From Patescibacteria group bacterium (GTDB lineage: Bacteria; Patescibacteriota; Patescibacteriia; 2-01-FULL-39-33), in assembly GCA_041662745.1 (NCBI GenBank), contig JBAZRV010000004.1:1-32000 (forward strand): a stretch of 32,000 nucleotides of DNA, written 5' to 3'. This document shows, one piece after another, positions 14,496 through 25,800 of the stretch. The notes below the pieces were generated by a model, which saw only the letters and a list, made by a program, of their open reading frames with translations, was not told the origin of the DNA and made no database searches. The stretch's first letter is position 1. Each line of letters opens with the position of its first letter. A program made the position numbers and the translations under genes.

Positions 14496-16400
14496 CTAAT
14501 TGTTCTGCGATAGCATTGCCTCAGCAAATTCCTTCTTGGCCGCTTCAATTTCCAACAACTGCCGCGGATCGGAAGTAATCAACTGATCTTCAGAATATGA
14601 GGCCACCACTTTAACGGCCACGTGTTTGGCGCCGGCAAAGAAAATACCTTCGCCCACCGCGCTTTCCAACAACAAATATTTTTCTCCTTCAGTCAATAAA
14701 AAGGTCTTTTGCACCAAATCAATGGCCGCCGGAGACTGCTTAAGCAATAATTGAAGGGCGGAATTATTGACAATGGCCTGGCCATAAGGAGAGGTCAAAA
14801 AATCATTAACATCCTGAGTGATGGTCGTAACGCCCAAATAATATTTGCGGCAACGTTTGACCAGAGCAAAAATGAATTTGGCTGAATCTTCGCGCTGCAT
14901 CAGCCACCAAGCTTCATCTACCACTAAAATCCTCTTTTTCATTTCGGAACGGACAATATTCCAAATATAATTGACAATAGTATAGATTGCCAGCGGCTTA
15001 AGCTCATCTTCCAAATCACGGACGGAAAAAACCACCAGCTGATTATTTAATTGGACGTTTGTCGGATGATTAAGCAGGCCGGAAAAAGTGCCTTCAGTAT
15101 ATTTTTTAAGGCGCAAAACAATACTGCTGCCGCCCTCCATACCTTCCAAAATATCCTGAAAATCCTGCATGATAGGCGGTTCCACCGAACGCAAATCAGC
15201 ATCGGGAGTGATGTCTTTCTTGGCATAAGTTTCCAACAATGCGCGATCAATAATGGAATCCTCCTCCGGCGTAACATCGCCGATCATTAATCGCACTAAC
15301 CCCTTAACGGTAATAACGGCATTGCGGATAATATCTGCCGGTTTGGCGTCTTCACCGATAGCCCGAGGCAAGTCAAAGGGATTGATTTTGCCCTCAGAAT
15401 TAAGCGAAATATCGATGTAAGTGCCGCCAACGGCTTCACACAGGTGATTATACTCCCGTTCCGGATCAATAATGATCACATCGGTTCCAAACATCATGCT
15501 GCGCAAAACTTCCAATTTGATCGTATATGACTTGCCGGCGCCGGAAGTGGCAAACACCACGGAATTGGCATTCTGCAAGGAGAAACGATCAAACAGGATT
15601 AAACTGTTATTGTGGCGGTTAATGCCATACAAGATGCCGTGATCGGAAGTCAAATCCGAGGATACGAACGGAAAAGAAGACGCGGCCGGCGAAGAGTTTA
15701 GATTGATATAGACTTGAAGTTCATCATACGCCATGGGCAAGGTAGAATTAAATCCTTGCTCAGCCTGATAAAACACTCGGCGAGAAAAAATCAGAGTGCC
15801 GCCGAAAAAGTTCTCAATGCGTTCCGAAGTTTTGTCCAATTCCTCCAATGTCTTGGCATATAAAGTCACATACAAAGAAAATTGAAAAAAATGCTCAATA
15901 CCTTGAGTCAGATCATCGCGCAATTTCTCCATATCGCGCAAAGCGGTTTCAGACAAAGGATCGCGGGGCGCTCCCTTTTCCGCCGCGCCGATAATCGTCG
16001 CTTCCAACACGCCGACTTTTTTCTTTAATTGCTTCAAAATGACCGCGGCTTTAACCGGAAAAAAATACATGGCCATGTCCGCCTCAATATCCATATTGAT
16101 AATCGGCGCAAACCAGCCGACGGCGATATAGCGAGGATATTCAAAAACAAAAATCGTCCGAATATAAAGCTCGCCCAACCTGATATGATCGGAATTAACC
16201 TCCAAGGCGGCCGGAGCAATCAAATCCCGGACAGAAACGACGCCGCGCCGATAAATTCTCTCCTCCTCCAACACTTCGCGCGCCGTTTGCAACTCCTTAA
16301 CTTCCGCTTGTTTCTTCTGCTGTTGCGTTGGCGGCGGCGGCGGAGCATAACCGACTGAAGCCGGGGTTGTTTGCTTATTGATATCTTCTGGAGTAAACAT
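14496..16400 (-). CDS. VirB4/TraC-like conjugation/T4SS ATPase
   Basis: Walker A VVFATSGAGKSYTIKLEVLRS, DVIIIDPEREYNHLCEAVGG, Walker B RILVVDEAWWLM, TTITQDVNDFL. Confidence 0.92.
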   Translation of the reverse strand: MFTPEDINKQTTPASVGYAPPPPPTQQQKKQAEVKELQTAREVLEEERIYRRGVVSVRDLIAPAALEVNSDHIRLGELYIRTIFVFEYPRYIAVGWFAPIINMDIEADMAMYFFPVKAAVILKQLKKKVGVLEATIIGAAEKGAPRDPLSETALRDMEKLRDDLTQGIEHFFQFSLYVTLYAKTLEELDKTSERIENFFGGTLIFSRRVFYQAEQGFNSTLPMAYDELQVYINLNSSPAASSFPFVSSDLTSDHGILYGINRHNNSLILFDRFSLQNANSVVFATSGAGKSYTIKLEVLRSMMFGTDVIIIDPEREYNHLCEAVGGTYIDISLNSEGKINPFDLPRAIGEDAKPADIIRNAVITVKGLVRLMIGDVTPEEDSIIDRALLETYAKKDITPDADLRSVEPPIMQDFQDILEGMEGGSSIVLRLKKYTEGTFSGLLNHPTNVQLNNQLVVFSVRDLEDELKPLAIYTIVNYIWNIVRSEMKKRILVVDEAWWLMQREDSAKFIFALVKRCRKYYLGVTTITQDVNDFLTSPYGQAIVNNSALQLLLKQSPAAIDLVQKTFLLTEGEKYLLLESAVGEGIFFAGAKHVAVKVVASYSEDQLITSDPRQLLEIEAAKKEFAEAMLSQNN

Positions 16401-16404
16401 AAAG

Positions 16405-17088
16405 TTAAACGAAATCCTCGGTTCTTAATTTGTTAACATCGACCAATTTCTCACTGCGGGAAACCGTCGGATTATAAGTATTATAAAAAACCTCAATTAA
16501 CGACTGGGTGTCTAAAACTTGGGCTCGCAAACCGATACTGGCCAAACCCGTTAAAACTTTATCCACGATAGTCAACAGTTCCCGCTGTCTTTGCATGAAT
16601 TGTTTCTGTCCCAAAGATAGGATCTTGGTCGGCGACAGAACATCACCGCCCCTTTGCCAGAAGCTCCTGGTTTTTGAACGGAAGGGTTCATAAGGAACTA
16701 CGACCAAAAAACGCTTTGTCATAATATTTCCCAATTCTACCAATTCGGTGACATATTGCCGATACTCGGCCATTTGCATCTTTAATAAGTCATTGGTCTG
16801 TTTGACCTCGGCGTCTTTCAAAAATTCCAAATACGATTCCAAATCCAATTGCCGTGACTGGATAATGATCTGCAATGGCATATCCAAAGAATTCAAGAAA
16901 CTGACATAACCGGAAATAATGGCGTTCTGTTCATCCTCGGACTTAAGCGCGAAATTAATTGAAGACACCAAAATCACCGATCGCAAAGTGCCGTTTTTCA
17001 TAACAATGGTATCATCCCTGATCTCCGCTATCTGTAAATATTTCTGAGTTGAGGGAGTGGCTTTTGTGGCTTGCCGATTTTTAGCCAT
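16405..17088 (-). CDS. TraC/VirB4 N-terminal-like accessory protein (start MAKNRQATKAT)
   Basis: TQKYLQIAEIRDDTIVMKNGTLRSVILVSSINFALKSEDEQNAIISGYVSFLNSLDMPLQIIIQSR; track ORF extends to 17187 but overlaps the upstream PrgI-like gene. Confidence 0.75.
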   Translation of the reverse strand: MAKNRQATKATPSTQKYLQIAEIRDDTIVMKNGTLRSVILVSSINFALKSEDEQNAIISGYVSFLNSLDMPLQIIIQSRQLDLESYLEFLKDAEVKQTNDLLKMQMAEYRQYVTELVELGNIMTKRFLVVVPYEPFRSKTRSFWQRGGDVLSPTKILSLGQKQFMQRQRELLTIVDKVLTGLASIGLRAQVLDTQSLIEVFYNTYNPTVSRSEKLVDVNKLRTEDFV

Positions 17089-17134
17089 AAGATAAAATCT
17101 TCTATTTATGGTCCATCGGTTGACGGACTTATTC

Positions 17135-17584
17135 TTAACTTTGATTATTGATCCCATTCTCCCCTTGGTACACGCCTCCGGTATCAATGACCAAGGCGAT
17201 TTCTGACAAGCGGGACTTGCTGACGGGTTGACGCGCCGCCATTCTAACTGCCGGCTTTTCTTCTTTAGGCTTGGCCAAATCAGCCCTTATTTCATCTAAG
17301 GTAAAAAATTTACGCCAAACCTTGAGTTTAGGATTCTTTAAAGTTTGAAAAAAGTTAAGCAAAAATAAATGAAAGGGTTGGCCGTTTATCTTGGCAAAAG
17401 CGATAATCAGGGTTAGAGCCAAAACCGCCAAGCCGGAAACGGCGAATAAAGAAAAATCAAATATCCTATAAAAAATCACGATGATCAATCCGCCGACAAT
17501 AAGTTCAATGAACTGACGGACGGAAACCGGTCCGATAATCTTATCTTCAACATCCAAAAATTGTGGCACTACCACCTGTTGCAT
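17135..17584 (-). CDS. PrgI family protein
   Basis: MQQVVVPQFLDVEDKIIGPVSVRQFIELIVGGLIIVIFYRIFDFSLF; two TM segments and adjacency to VirB4. Confidence 0.82.
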   Translation of the reverse strand: MQQVVVPQFLDVEDKIIGPVSVRQFIELIVGGLIIVIFYRIFDFSLFAVSGLAVLALTLIIAFAKINGQPFHLFLLNFFQTLKNPKLKVWRKFFTLDEIRADLAKPKEEKPAVRMAARQPVSKSRLSEIALVIDTGGVYQGENGINNQS

Positions 17585-17586
17585 AA

Positions 17587-18999
17587 TTAGTAGCGTAAAT
17601 TGCGATTAAGTTCCATAACGGCATGGAATTCGTCAAGCGACAAGGTCGGCTTGCCGGCGGTTAAGCGTTCTTTGATTACCATTTCTATATCTTTGCCCTC
17701 AGCCATGGCCGCTTGCCCCAACAAACGATAAAACTTACTGACTTCATTTTTGTGCCAAGCCGCTATGCCCTCAATTTTCTTGCCAAAATATTCTTTCTCC
17801 AACAAGTCAATTTTTTCTTTAAGCTTGGCTGTTACGACCTTCGGATCGGGAGACAGGCGTCGAAAATCAATCAAGGTCATATTCTCCAACTCCTCAATCG
17901 GTCCCATTAGTTTTTTATTGAACTTTACATCGTCCAAATTCGGTCGGCTGGTCGGTCGTGGCAGAGCCAAATTGCCAGCCAAAGTTTCTTTCGTTGCAAA
18001 CGGCTGAGGTTGCGGCAAAGGCAAATCCTTAACTACCTTAAGTTTAACATCTTGCGCGCTTGGGGGCAATTGTGTTTCTTTTTTTATCGTCTTAGACAGA
18101 GGCGTTAAACCGATTTTTTTCTCTAAAATTTCAGAATCATCGCGCGGTTTGACCATCAAATCATCAGGTATCCGGATTACCGGCAAACCGTCTTCCATTT
18201 CTATGGTCAGGGCGGAACTGTTAGCTTGCGGCTTAGCGGTAACCGTCATGACCGCTTCGTTTTCCCCGTCTTCCGTCAAATCATCCGGTGATTCTCCGGA
18301 GGCGGGCGCGGGACTAACCGGCCCTGCTGGTCCGGCGGCAACCGCTTTAATGATCTTTAACATCCGATCAGCATCGGCTTCCGAAAAATCCATTCCCCCG
18401 ACTTTGCGGCTCTTCATCAAGTTCTCCTTGGTTTCCATTTCGTCTCGAACATCTTTTAGCCGAGCGATAATAATTGAGCCCAAACGCTTAACCATTACCT
18501 CGTCAGCGGCCGGGTAACCGAATGACAAAACAATAGAAGTGGCGGCTTCAGTATAATCAATAGTCCTCGGCGACGCCTTGACTGCTTGAGTGTATTTTTT
18601 AATTTCCTCTTCATCCTCGCGGGAAAAAGTTATAACGGTGGAATTCTTTGGTTTATTTAACGCTTCAGGCTGAAACTTTCTATCAACATCCATTAAAGAA
18701 GGAGCGACTGGGGCCTTCCCGGCCGGCCGGCCGTAATATCCGACTTCATTCACTACCTCCCTAACGCCGTTAGCTACCTGATGCGCCAAAAAATCATTAA
18801 AACCGTAATCGATTTTTAGTTTGTCCGCCAGGACATCGGTCGTCACTTCGCCCAAAAAAATACTGACCACTAAAGACGTGGATTTAATGCCGAATTTTTC
18901 ATCCAAAGCATCCAGCTTATCCAATATCTCGTCCGTGGATAACTTATCCTTGACTGTCGGCGGCAATGATTTAAGTTTATTTAAATATTCTTGAGGCAT
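17587..18999 (-). CDS. Hypothetical protein of the T4SS-like cluster
   Basis: 470-aa ORF, 2 bp from the PrgI gene. Confidence 0.75.
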   Translation of the reverse strand: MPQEYLNKLKSLPPTVKDKLSTDEILDKLDALDEKFGIKSTSLVVSIFLGEVTTDVLADKLKIDYGFNDFLAHQVANGVREVVNEVGYYGRPAGKAPVAPSLMDVDRKFQPEALNKPKNSTVITFSREDEEEIKKYTQAVKASPRTIDYTEAATSIVLSFGYPAADEVMVKRLGSIIIARLKDVRDEMETKENLMKSRKVGGMDFSEADADRMLKIIKAVAAGPAGPVSPAPASGESPDDLTEDGENEAVMTVTAKPQANSSALTIEMEDGLPVIRIPDDLMVKPRDDSEILEKKIGLTPLSKTIKKETQLPPSAQDVKLKVVKDLPLPQPQPFATKETLAGNLALPRPTSRPNLDDVKFNKKLMGPIEELENMTLIDFRRLSPDPKVVTAKLKEKIDLLEKEYFGKKIEGIAAWHKNEVSKFYRLLGQAAMAEGKDIEMVIKERLTAGKPTLSLDEFHAVMELNRNLRY

Positions 19000-19006
19000 A
19001 ATAATT

Positions 19007-19531
19007 TTAATTTCCTGCTAACTGTTGGCTCTTTAGGTATTCGTCCAACTCCTGCCGGCTAACGCCCAATTCTTCCAACAGCAGACGGCGCTCCAAGCCG
19101 GAAATAGTTGACCAATCATACCTGCTTAACATATCGCTCCGACTATTAACCGATTCAACCGGAGCAGGTATAACCGATACTGCCGAATCATTCTCAATTT
19201 CTCTGGAAGTGTCATTATCCGCAGTTAAAAAATCCTTGGATTGCAACCCCTCAATAAAGGCGTCAATATCGCCAAGATCATCCTGAAAATCCCTAAAACG
19301 ATTTTTGGCTATTTCCAAAGCCAAACGCCGCTTAGTGCCATTACTTTGGATAACTGCCTTTTGTAATGCCAACCAAAATTCATTCAAATCAATATCACCC
19401 CAAATAACTTGGCCGATTAAATCCATAACCGCATAAATCTCAGAATCAGATAACTGAAAAGAGCCAAGCCAAGGATTTAACTGCTTTAACTCGTTAATTG
19501 TGCCCAGTTCATTTACCTGTTGGGTAACCAT
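19007..19531 (-). CDS. Hypothetical protein
   Basis: 174-aa ORF tightly packed in the same operon. Confidence 0.7.
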   Translation of the reverse strand: MVTQQVNELGTINELKQLNPWLGSFQLSDSEIYAVMDLIGQVIWGDIDLNEFWLALQKAVIQSNGTKRRLALEIAKNRFRDFQDDLGDIDAFIEGLQSKDFLTADNDTSREIENDSAVSVIPAPVESVNSRSDMLSRYDWSTISGLERRLLLEELGVSRQELDEYLKSQQLAGN

Positions 19532-19534
19532 ATT

Positions 19535-22500
19535 TTATATTTCCTCCTCAAAATTTCCACCCTTTTTACCGCCTTTAATCGCCCGGGCCTTTTTGTCCCA
19601 ATCGGTCGGCTTAAATTTCGGACGGTCTTCGTTAATATCCACAAAATAATTCTCATTCTGCTTCAAAAAATCTTCAATCGCATCATTTATTTTCTTTCTT
19701 TCTCCTACCCTACCGCTAACCTGATCGCCTCTCAATTCCAGCTGTCTCTGCATCAACGTATTAATTTCATTTTGCGATGTTGGATCTCTTTTTGCTCGCA
19801 GACTTGCCAAATTTTTCTCTATTTGCTCATCTTCGGATCTTAATTTTTTAGCTTGATCAATCAAATCCTTATATCCGATTTTCACCGGATCATTCTCCGC
19901 TTCGTCAAGAATCCTTTGTTTAACTCCTTTTATCAACTCATTATTATTGCCTCTTGCGCCAATTACCCGCAAAGTATTAACATCCATGCCGCGCGCCACC
20001 GCTTTCTGATCAACGTCTGACAAACTGCCCCACTTGATTTTTTCCGCGTCTTCTGCCTTAAGCGATCCGATAACATTTGATTTATTTTCCGCATTAACTC
20101 GGTCAGAAATACCCTCAAAAGAACCCTTGGACAACACATATTTTTTTATCATTTCCTCGGCATCCCTCAGATTCTTTGATGCTTGGTCAACAGCCTGCTG
20201 AGCGGCGCCCCTATTCTCCTCAGTGGCATCATTTAATCCTTTTCTAGCATCCGCCAATTCAGAGTTCAATCGGCTAAAATCATAAGGATCAACGCTGCTG
20301 CCATTGCCAATAATCGCTTCTTTAAGAGCATTATCAATTTTATCTTTATGCTCCTTACTGCGATCACCGAATTTTTCCTGCAGCTCCTTGGGCGAAGCCA
20401 GATCGCCAAAATCACGCATAAAGTCTGCTGTCATGCCATCAACATGCATATTCTCCAAAACCTTATTGCGATTTTCGCTGAAATATTTACGAGCCTTTTC
20501 TTTTTGTTCCGGATCGCTGCGATCATAGGCTTTGGCCACGTCATATTTCGTTGATAAATATTCTTTACGCGAATCTTCATCATAAATAACCTTACCGCTG
20601 GCATCAGTAATATTATTGCCCTGCGCATCTTTTTTAGCAAAAGACATATGAGAAACTCCAGACCAAATATCCTTCTTGATCTCTGAAGACATGGCCTTGT
20701 CTAATTTAGATAAATCACCGGCACCATGCTTCATTAAGAACTTAGCCAACGTATCGTCAAATCCTCCGGCACTATCTTTTTTACCGCCTAATGCTTCATT
20801 AAGATTAGTTAAGGTGGCTGAATCCATACTGCCCATGATCTTGTTTAAGTCAATCTTATCGGTCTTAAGATCCGACTCCAGTTTTTCAAGATTAATCTTG
20901 CCCTCCTTGGCGTACATGGTATTCATGGCCAAATTGGGATTATATTTTCTCAGATTATCATCAAATTCCTTACCTAATTCTGTTCCGGTCAAAGCGGTGC
21001 GCGCCTGATTAATCAAATCAATATTATTACGCTTTTTACTTTCATCAATTTCATCATCCCTAATTAGACCCTTCTTCATCAAGGTTTGAGTAGCGGCAAT
21101 TTTTTCATATTTAGTACCGCCGGAAGCCAAATTACGCAATTGATTCTCATTCTTCTTATCAATCTTAGCTCCTCCCGCCACCGCCCTGATGCTTTCATTA
21201 AATCTTTTGGTCGTACCCGCTTCCAGAGACGCCATTTTGCCGCCTAAAGCTTCGCGCGCAAAGGGTATATTCTTGCCACCGGCTTGATAAAGTCCAGAAT
21301 ATAACCTTTGTCTAACGCCTAATCTATCGTCAACGGCCGTGCCGATTGCTCCCGGAGCTTTTTTAGCTGCGGTTTTAGCCAAATTAAGGCCGCTGAAACG
21401 TTTGCCCTGCTTAGTCAAAAATTTCATGCCCGCACCGGCCCAGGAACTGCCGGCCGTGCCGAGTTTTTGACCGATAATGAGAGAGCCGACGAGCAAACCG
21501 ATCAGCAAACCGAAGTTAATTATTTTTTCTACCGTACCCATTTTTGACAAGGCAAGAACAGTGGACTCATTACTGGCGCTACTGGCGCTTAGTCCGGCGG
21601 CCGCAGTCCCTTCTTGTTGTAATGCCGCACTGCCGCCGACGCCGGTAGTCTGTAAATCATAAGAAATCGTATCATCAAAACGCCCGTCATTCCCAAGGTC
21701 TTTAAGCGTAGTCAAAGAGACATAAATAAAAAACATCATAGCCGGGCCAACGATCAAATATTTTACCAAATCGCCAAGAACCTGGCCGGTATATTTGCTA
21801 GCGGCCGGAAAGGCCAAGCCAAAAAAATATAAAGGCGATAAGACCACCAAAAACAGCATATAAACTATGCGGTACATCAAAACGGCGGTAATGCAAAAGA
21901 TTACGACCAAAGCGACAAAAGTAAAAATAGTCGCAAACAGCATAGCCGCAACCAAGTTCCAAGTGCTGAACCCGGTGTCAGTCAGCTGGTCAGCTACGCC
22001 GTTCAAAGACATTAAATCAGGCAAACCTAAAGCGTTTAAAATCACGTTATAGCCGGTGCTTTGCGCCAGTGGCGCGGCAAAAGTCAACATCAGAATCTGC
22101 GAGGCGTCAATCATTAAGCCGAAAAACATCTTAGAAAAGTTTATCAGTATCGCCGCCACCAGAATCTTAGGCATCATAGTGCGGAAATCATAATTTTTCT
22201 GATGTAAAATCGTACCGACCGCCGAGACTAAAAGCAAAATAATGAAAAAATTATTACAAACATCCCTGATAACGGTCCAACCGATAGTAACCACTTTGTG
22301 ATTGGTAAAATTATTGAAAGTGGCAACAGCCAGCATGGCTTTAGTAACCAAAATCAAAATCCAACCCAAGCCGTAAGTCAAACCATAAAGTATCCAAGTC
22401 AACATGCGGGCGATGACGTCAGAAAGAGTGGATTGAGCCTCTGTCCTTCTCCCTGCAGTTGCTTGCGTTACAGATTCGCCAGATTCAGGATTAACTAAAT

Positions 22501-22777
22501 TACCATTCTCATCGGCGGGCATAGCCGTATCTTCGCCTTTCCCGGCAGGATTTACTAAATAATATTCGGGCGGATTACCAAACTGCCAGACTTGATATTC
22601 TATGTTTTCACTGTCAGTCAGTCGTATTCTTTTATCTGTTAATTGTCCTCCACTTGTTATATAACTATTAGTATATGCATAAGAATAATTAGCAGAAATG
22701 CCTAAAACTCCGCCACCTACTAAGGCGGCTAACAATAAAGTTACAATTATTCTTTTGTACTTTTGATAAAACATCAC
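19535..22777 (-). CDS. VirB6/TrbL-like polytopic membrane protein with long cytoplasmic tail
   Basis: N-terminal half with many TM segments (NFFIILLLVSAVGTILHQKNYDFRTMMPKILVAAILINFSKMFFGLMIDASQ...), charged C-terminal ~550 aa. Confidence 0.82.
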   Translation of the reverse strand: MMFYQKYKRIIVTLLLAALVGGGVLGISANYSYAYTNSYITSGGQLTDKRIRLTDSENIEYQVWQFGNPPEYYLVNPAGKGEDTAMPADENGNLVNPESGESVTQATAGRRTEAQSTLSDVIARMLTWILYGLTYGLGWILILVTKAMLAVATFNNFTNHKVVTIGWTVIRDVCNNFFIILLLVSAVGTILHQKNYDFRTMMPKILVAAILINFSKMFFGLMIDASQILMLTFAAPLAQSTGYNVILNALGLPDLMSLNGVADQLTDTGFSTWNLVAAMLFATIFTFVALVVIFCITAVLMYRIVYMLFLVVLSPLYFFGLAFPAASKYTGQVLGDLVKYLIVGPAMMFFIYVSLTTLKDLGNDGRFDDTISYDLQTTGVGGSAALQQEGTAAAGLSASSASNESTVLALSKMGTVEKIINFGLLIGLLVGSLIIGQKLGTAGSSWAGAGMKFLTKQGKRFSGLNLAKTAAKKAPGAIGTAVDDRLGVRQRLYSGLYQAGGKNIPFAREALGGKMASLEAGTTKRFNESIRAVAGGAKIDKKNENQLRNLASGGTKYEKIAATQTLMKKGLIRDDEIDESKKRNNIDLINQARTALTGTELGKEFDDNLRKYNPNLAMNTMYAKEGKINLEKLESDLKTDKIDLNKIMGSMDSATLTNLNEALGGKKDSAGGFDDTLAKFLMKHGAGDLSKLDKAMSSEIKKDIWSGVSHMSFAKKDAQGNNITDASGKVIYDEDSRKEYLSTKYDVAKAYDRSDPEQKEKARKYFSENRNKVLENMHVDGMTADFMRDFGDLASPKELQEKFGDRSKEHKDKIDNALKEAIIGNGSSVDPYDFSRLNSELADARKGLNDATEENRGAAQQAVDQASKNLRDAEEMIKKYVLSKGSFEGISDRVNAENKSNVIGSLKAEDAEKIKWGSLSDVDQKAVARGMDVNTLRVIGARGNNNELIKGVKQRILDEAENDPVKIGYKDLIDQAKKLRSEDEQIEKNLASLRAKRDPTSQNEINTLMQRQLELRGDQVSGRVGERKKINDAIEDFLKQNENYFVDINEDRPKFKPTDWDKKARAIKGGKKGGNFEEEI

Positions 22778-22804
22778 AAAAATCTAATGAATAAAATGGA
22801 TAAG

Positions 22805-25800
22805 TTAGTATCCGCAGTTGCCATAACGGTTGCAGAGACGAAAATTCAAGGACGGCGAAACATTCACCTGGGCCGCCTTATAAGGACGGGACGCATCTTC
22901 TTCGGTATTCAAGAAAGTCGGCGACTGGTCTTCTCCTCCCGCATACAGGGTCACATCGTACAAGCTCGCCTCAATCGGACTGCCGGCTTGCGCTGAATTG
23001 GTTACCACTCTTAAAACCACTCGATCGCCGATTCCCACTTTATCAGCCGGACCATCACAACTTTGATTCTGACAAACCTTAAAATAAACATCGCCGTCCG
23101 CGCCACAGGCATCCAAATAAGCCTTCCAATCGCTCGGATCAGCGCCAAATAATTGTTGCAACCAAGTCGGCTGTGTCTTATAAATATTCAACTTGATCGG
23201 ACTAACCACGGGAATTGACGCGGCATCAGCCGGTTTGACCGCTGATGTTGCCGGACAACTATTTGAACCGGAACCGTAAGAATCCTTAAAACACGGCACT
23301 AAGCGGAAAATGTCGCCGTAACGCAATTGCTTATCACTCTCGGCGTCATTAGGCGCATAAACCAAATCAAGAAAATACTCAATGCTACTGCTAACGGCAT
23401 AGCCGGCAAAAGTGCTGGCATCAGCATTAAAATTAAAATTGCCCTTGCTTTCGCCCCGCTCATCATTGTATTCCCCTTCTTCTCCGGTTCCGGGAGCTCC
23501 GCCGCAACCGCCACCCACCGTGTTTATCGCCATAAACGCCTTCCAGTCATAACTGTCATGGGCCAGCGTAATCAGACTGCCTTGGCCCAAAGGACAATCA
23601 ATATCATCATCCAATGACTTGGTTTCCGGACAAACGCCATCAGCGTAATCAATGGGAGCAACATCGGCCACGACATTGCCACAATCATCCGGACTGTAAT
23701 TATCAGTATTGGGATCAATGGCTTGTTCGCCGATATCGCAATAACCGTCGCCTATCTCTCGACAGCGGCGCCAACCGCCGGTATAAGTGGCGCAACATGT
23801 TTTCTGAGTGGAATCAGTGGGGTCAATATTAAGATTGACCTCGTTTTCCGGCAACCAATAACAAGTGGCCGAGCAACAGGGGTTGCCACTGGAGCATTGT
23901 TGGCCCAAAGCCGAGCTGTAACTGGCCGGTTTGCATTCGGCCAAAGCATCCTGCTGTTCCGCATCATAAGTATCCCGCCTTAAGACAATCAAATCCTTAA
24001 TCGTTATGGAATTAACCGAAGCCCAATTATCCCGTACCGTTAATTTAATCGGCACGTGGAAAGCAGCGGGATTGGAAGTTGATCTTACCGGTTCTTGGCA
24101 AGCGCCTTTGGTCAAGTCGTCATTGTATTCTTCAACTGTTTCCGTGGTGCCATCGCCCAAAGGCAAGATGCCGACTTTTGTCTCGCATTCCCGTAAATTC
24201 TTATTGGCTAAGCTGTCATAGTTATAAAAATGATACAGATTAAAAGCGTTAGAGGAAGTGGGGCGGCTAGCCAGAGACAAGCCGGCGTAAGATGATACGT
24301 TGCCATCGCCCCAATCAATATCATAAGAACGAATAGGCACCTGATCCGGATCAATCTTGGAATTAAAGCTTACTTTAACCGCGCCGATACTGTTAACAAT
24401 AGTGGGGTTGACCTGGGCTAAAGTGAATTCCGGCCTAACCAAGCAGAATGACAAATAAGTATTGGCGGGACGGGAGTTATTGGGACAATACAACGTCGGC
24501 AAACTCCAAACCGAGTTATTAGAGCTGATGGCGCCGGAAATATCAGTATAATGCCCTATCAAGGGATCGCTGGATTTATCCGCCTGCCATTGCCATAAAC
24601 TGTAAGAACGCCCGAATAATTGCAACAAGTCCGGCTTGCTGACGGAGAAATTGTCAACATAGTATAGGGAATTATCTGATTTCTGACCGGCGCGCGCTTG
24701 GTAGGGTGGCGCACTGCCGCCGGGGAATTCATAAAAAATCGGTTGATTACCGCCGGAGTCGGGACGAGTATCCCATTCATTGGGGTATTGGCCGTTTTCC
24801 GGCGCCACCGTAGAGCCGAAAGGTTTGTAATCGGTAGCGTAATTGTAGCCGACGGCCGCATAAATGCGGCGATAAATCAGCTTTTTATCCCTCAAAATGC
24901 CGATTGCTCCGAAATTCCTATCATTGACGCAAAAATATTTATAATTAATCCGACAATCATTTATGGCAATAGAGGGGGTATCTTTGGCAAAACTATGAAC
25001 TTGAAAATAATTATTATCCGCTGATTCTCCGATGGGACGAGAGTTATAAGCAATCTCGCAGTTCAGGGCATTAGCCTGATTAAGATAAGCGGTGCGTTGT
25101 CTTCCCTCCAAGGATATACCTTCAGCGCAATATAATTTGCGCGTCGGATCATCGGGATCGTTGACTCCCTGACCATTATCAATGCCAATAAAATTCTGGC
25201 ATAAATTCAAGGGATAAAAACCTAATAAAGCGCCATCAGCATCATAGAGGCGACGGCTTTCAGCCAAACAATAAGCGGAACTGTAGAAACAGCCATCAGA
25301 AAACAACTCGGCATTGCTTGGCGTAACAATGCCCACACCGGAAGGAATAGCATCTCCGGAAATTGAACTGTCTTTAACGCAATCTTTGCCCAAATAATCC
25401 AAATATTGCGAACCGGACGATAAACGACTGGCCCAAGCTTTGTTCTCATTGCCGGAATTAACCACTTGAACCAACTTGTAGCAATACTCCACCACCTGTT
25501 TGCCGGCAAAATTACCCACAACGGCTATACCGCCCATTTTATCGCCCATGCCGGCCGGCTTATTGAAATCCAAGAACTTGGCAAACCCCAGAACATCTCC
25601 GGTTACTGCGGGATTGGGGTCGGTCAGATCCTTGCCGAACTCCGAATCTTCATCAGTAATAATCCTTAAGCCGAAAGTGGAAATTCCCAAGTCTACACCG
25701 GCCGCCTGGATAAGCATGCCAGCCAAATTGCCCAAAACTCCTCCGGAAGTGTCAAACTTCTTAGCGGTATGCCAAGGCAGTTCAACATGCAAGACAATAT

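Noticed and set aside
13200-22777. Numerous + strand ORFs of 60-110 aa inside the ComF/T4SS-like region
   Set aside because: They are shadows of long, tightly packed minus-strand genes with recognisable motifs.
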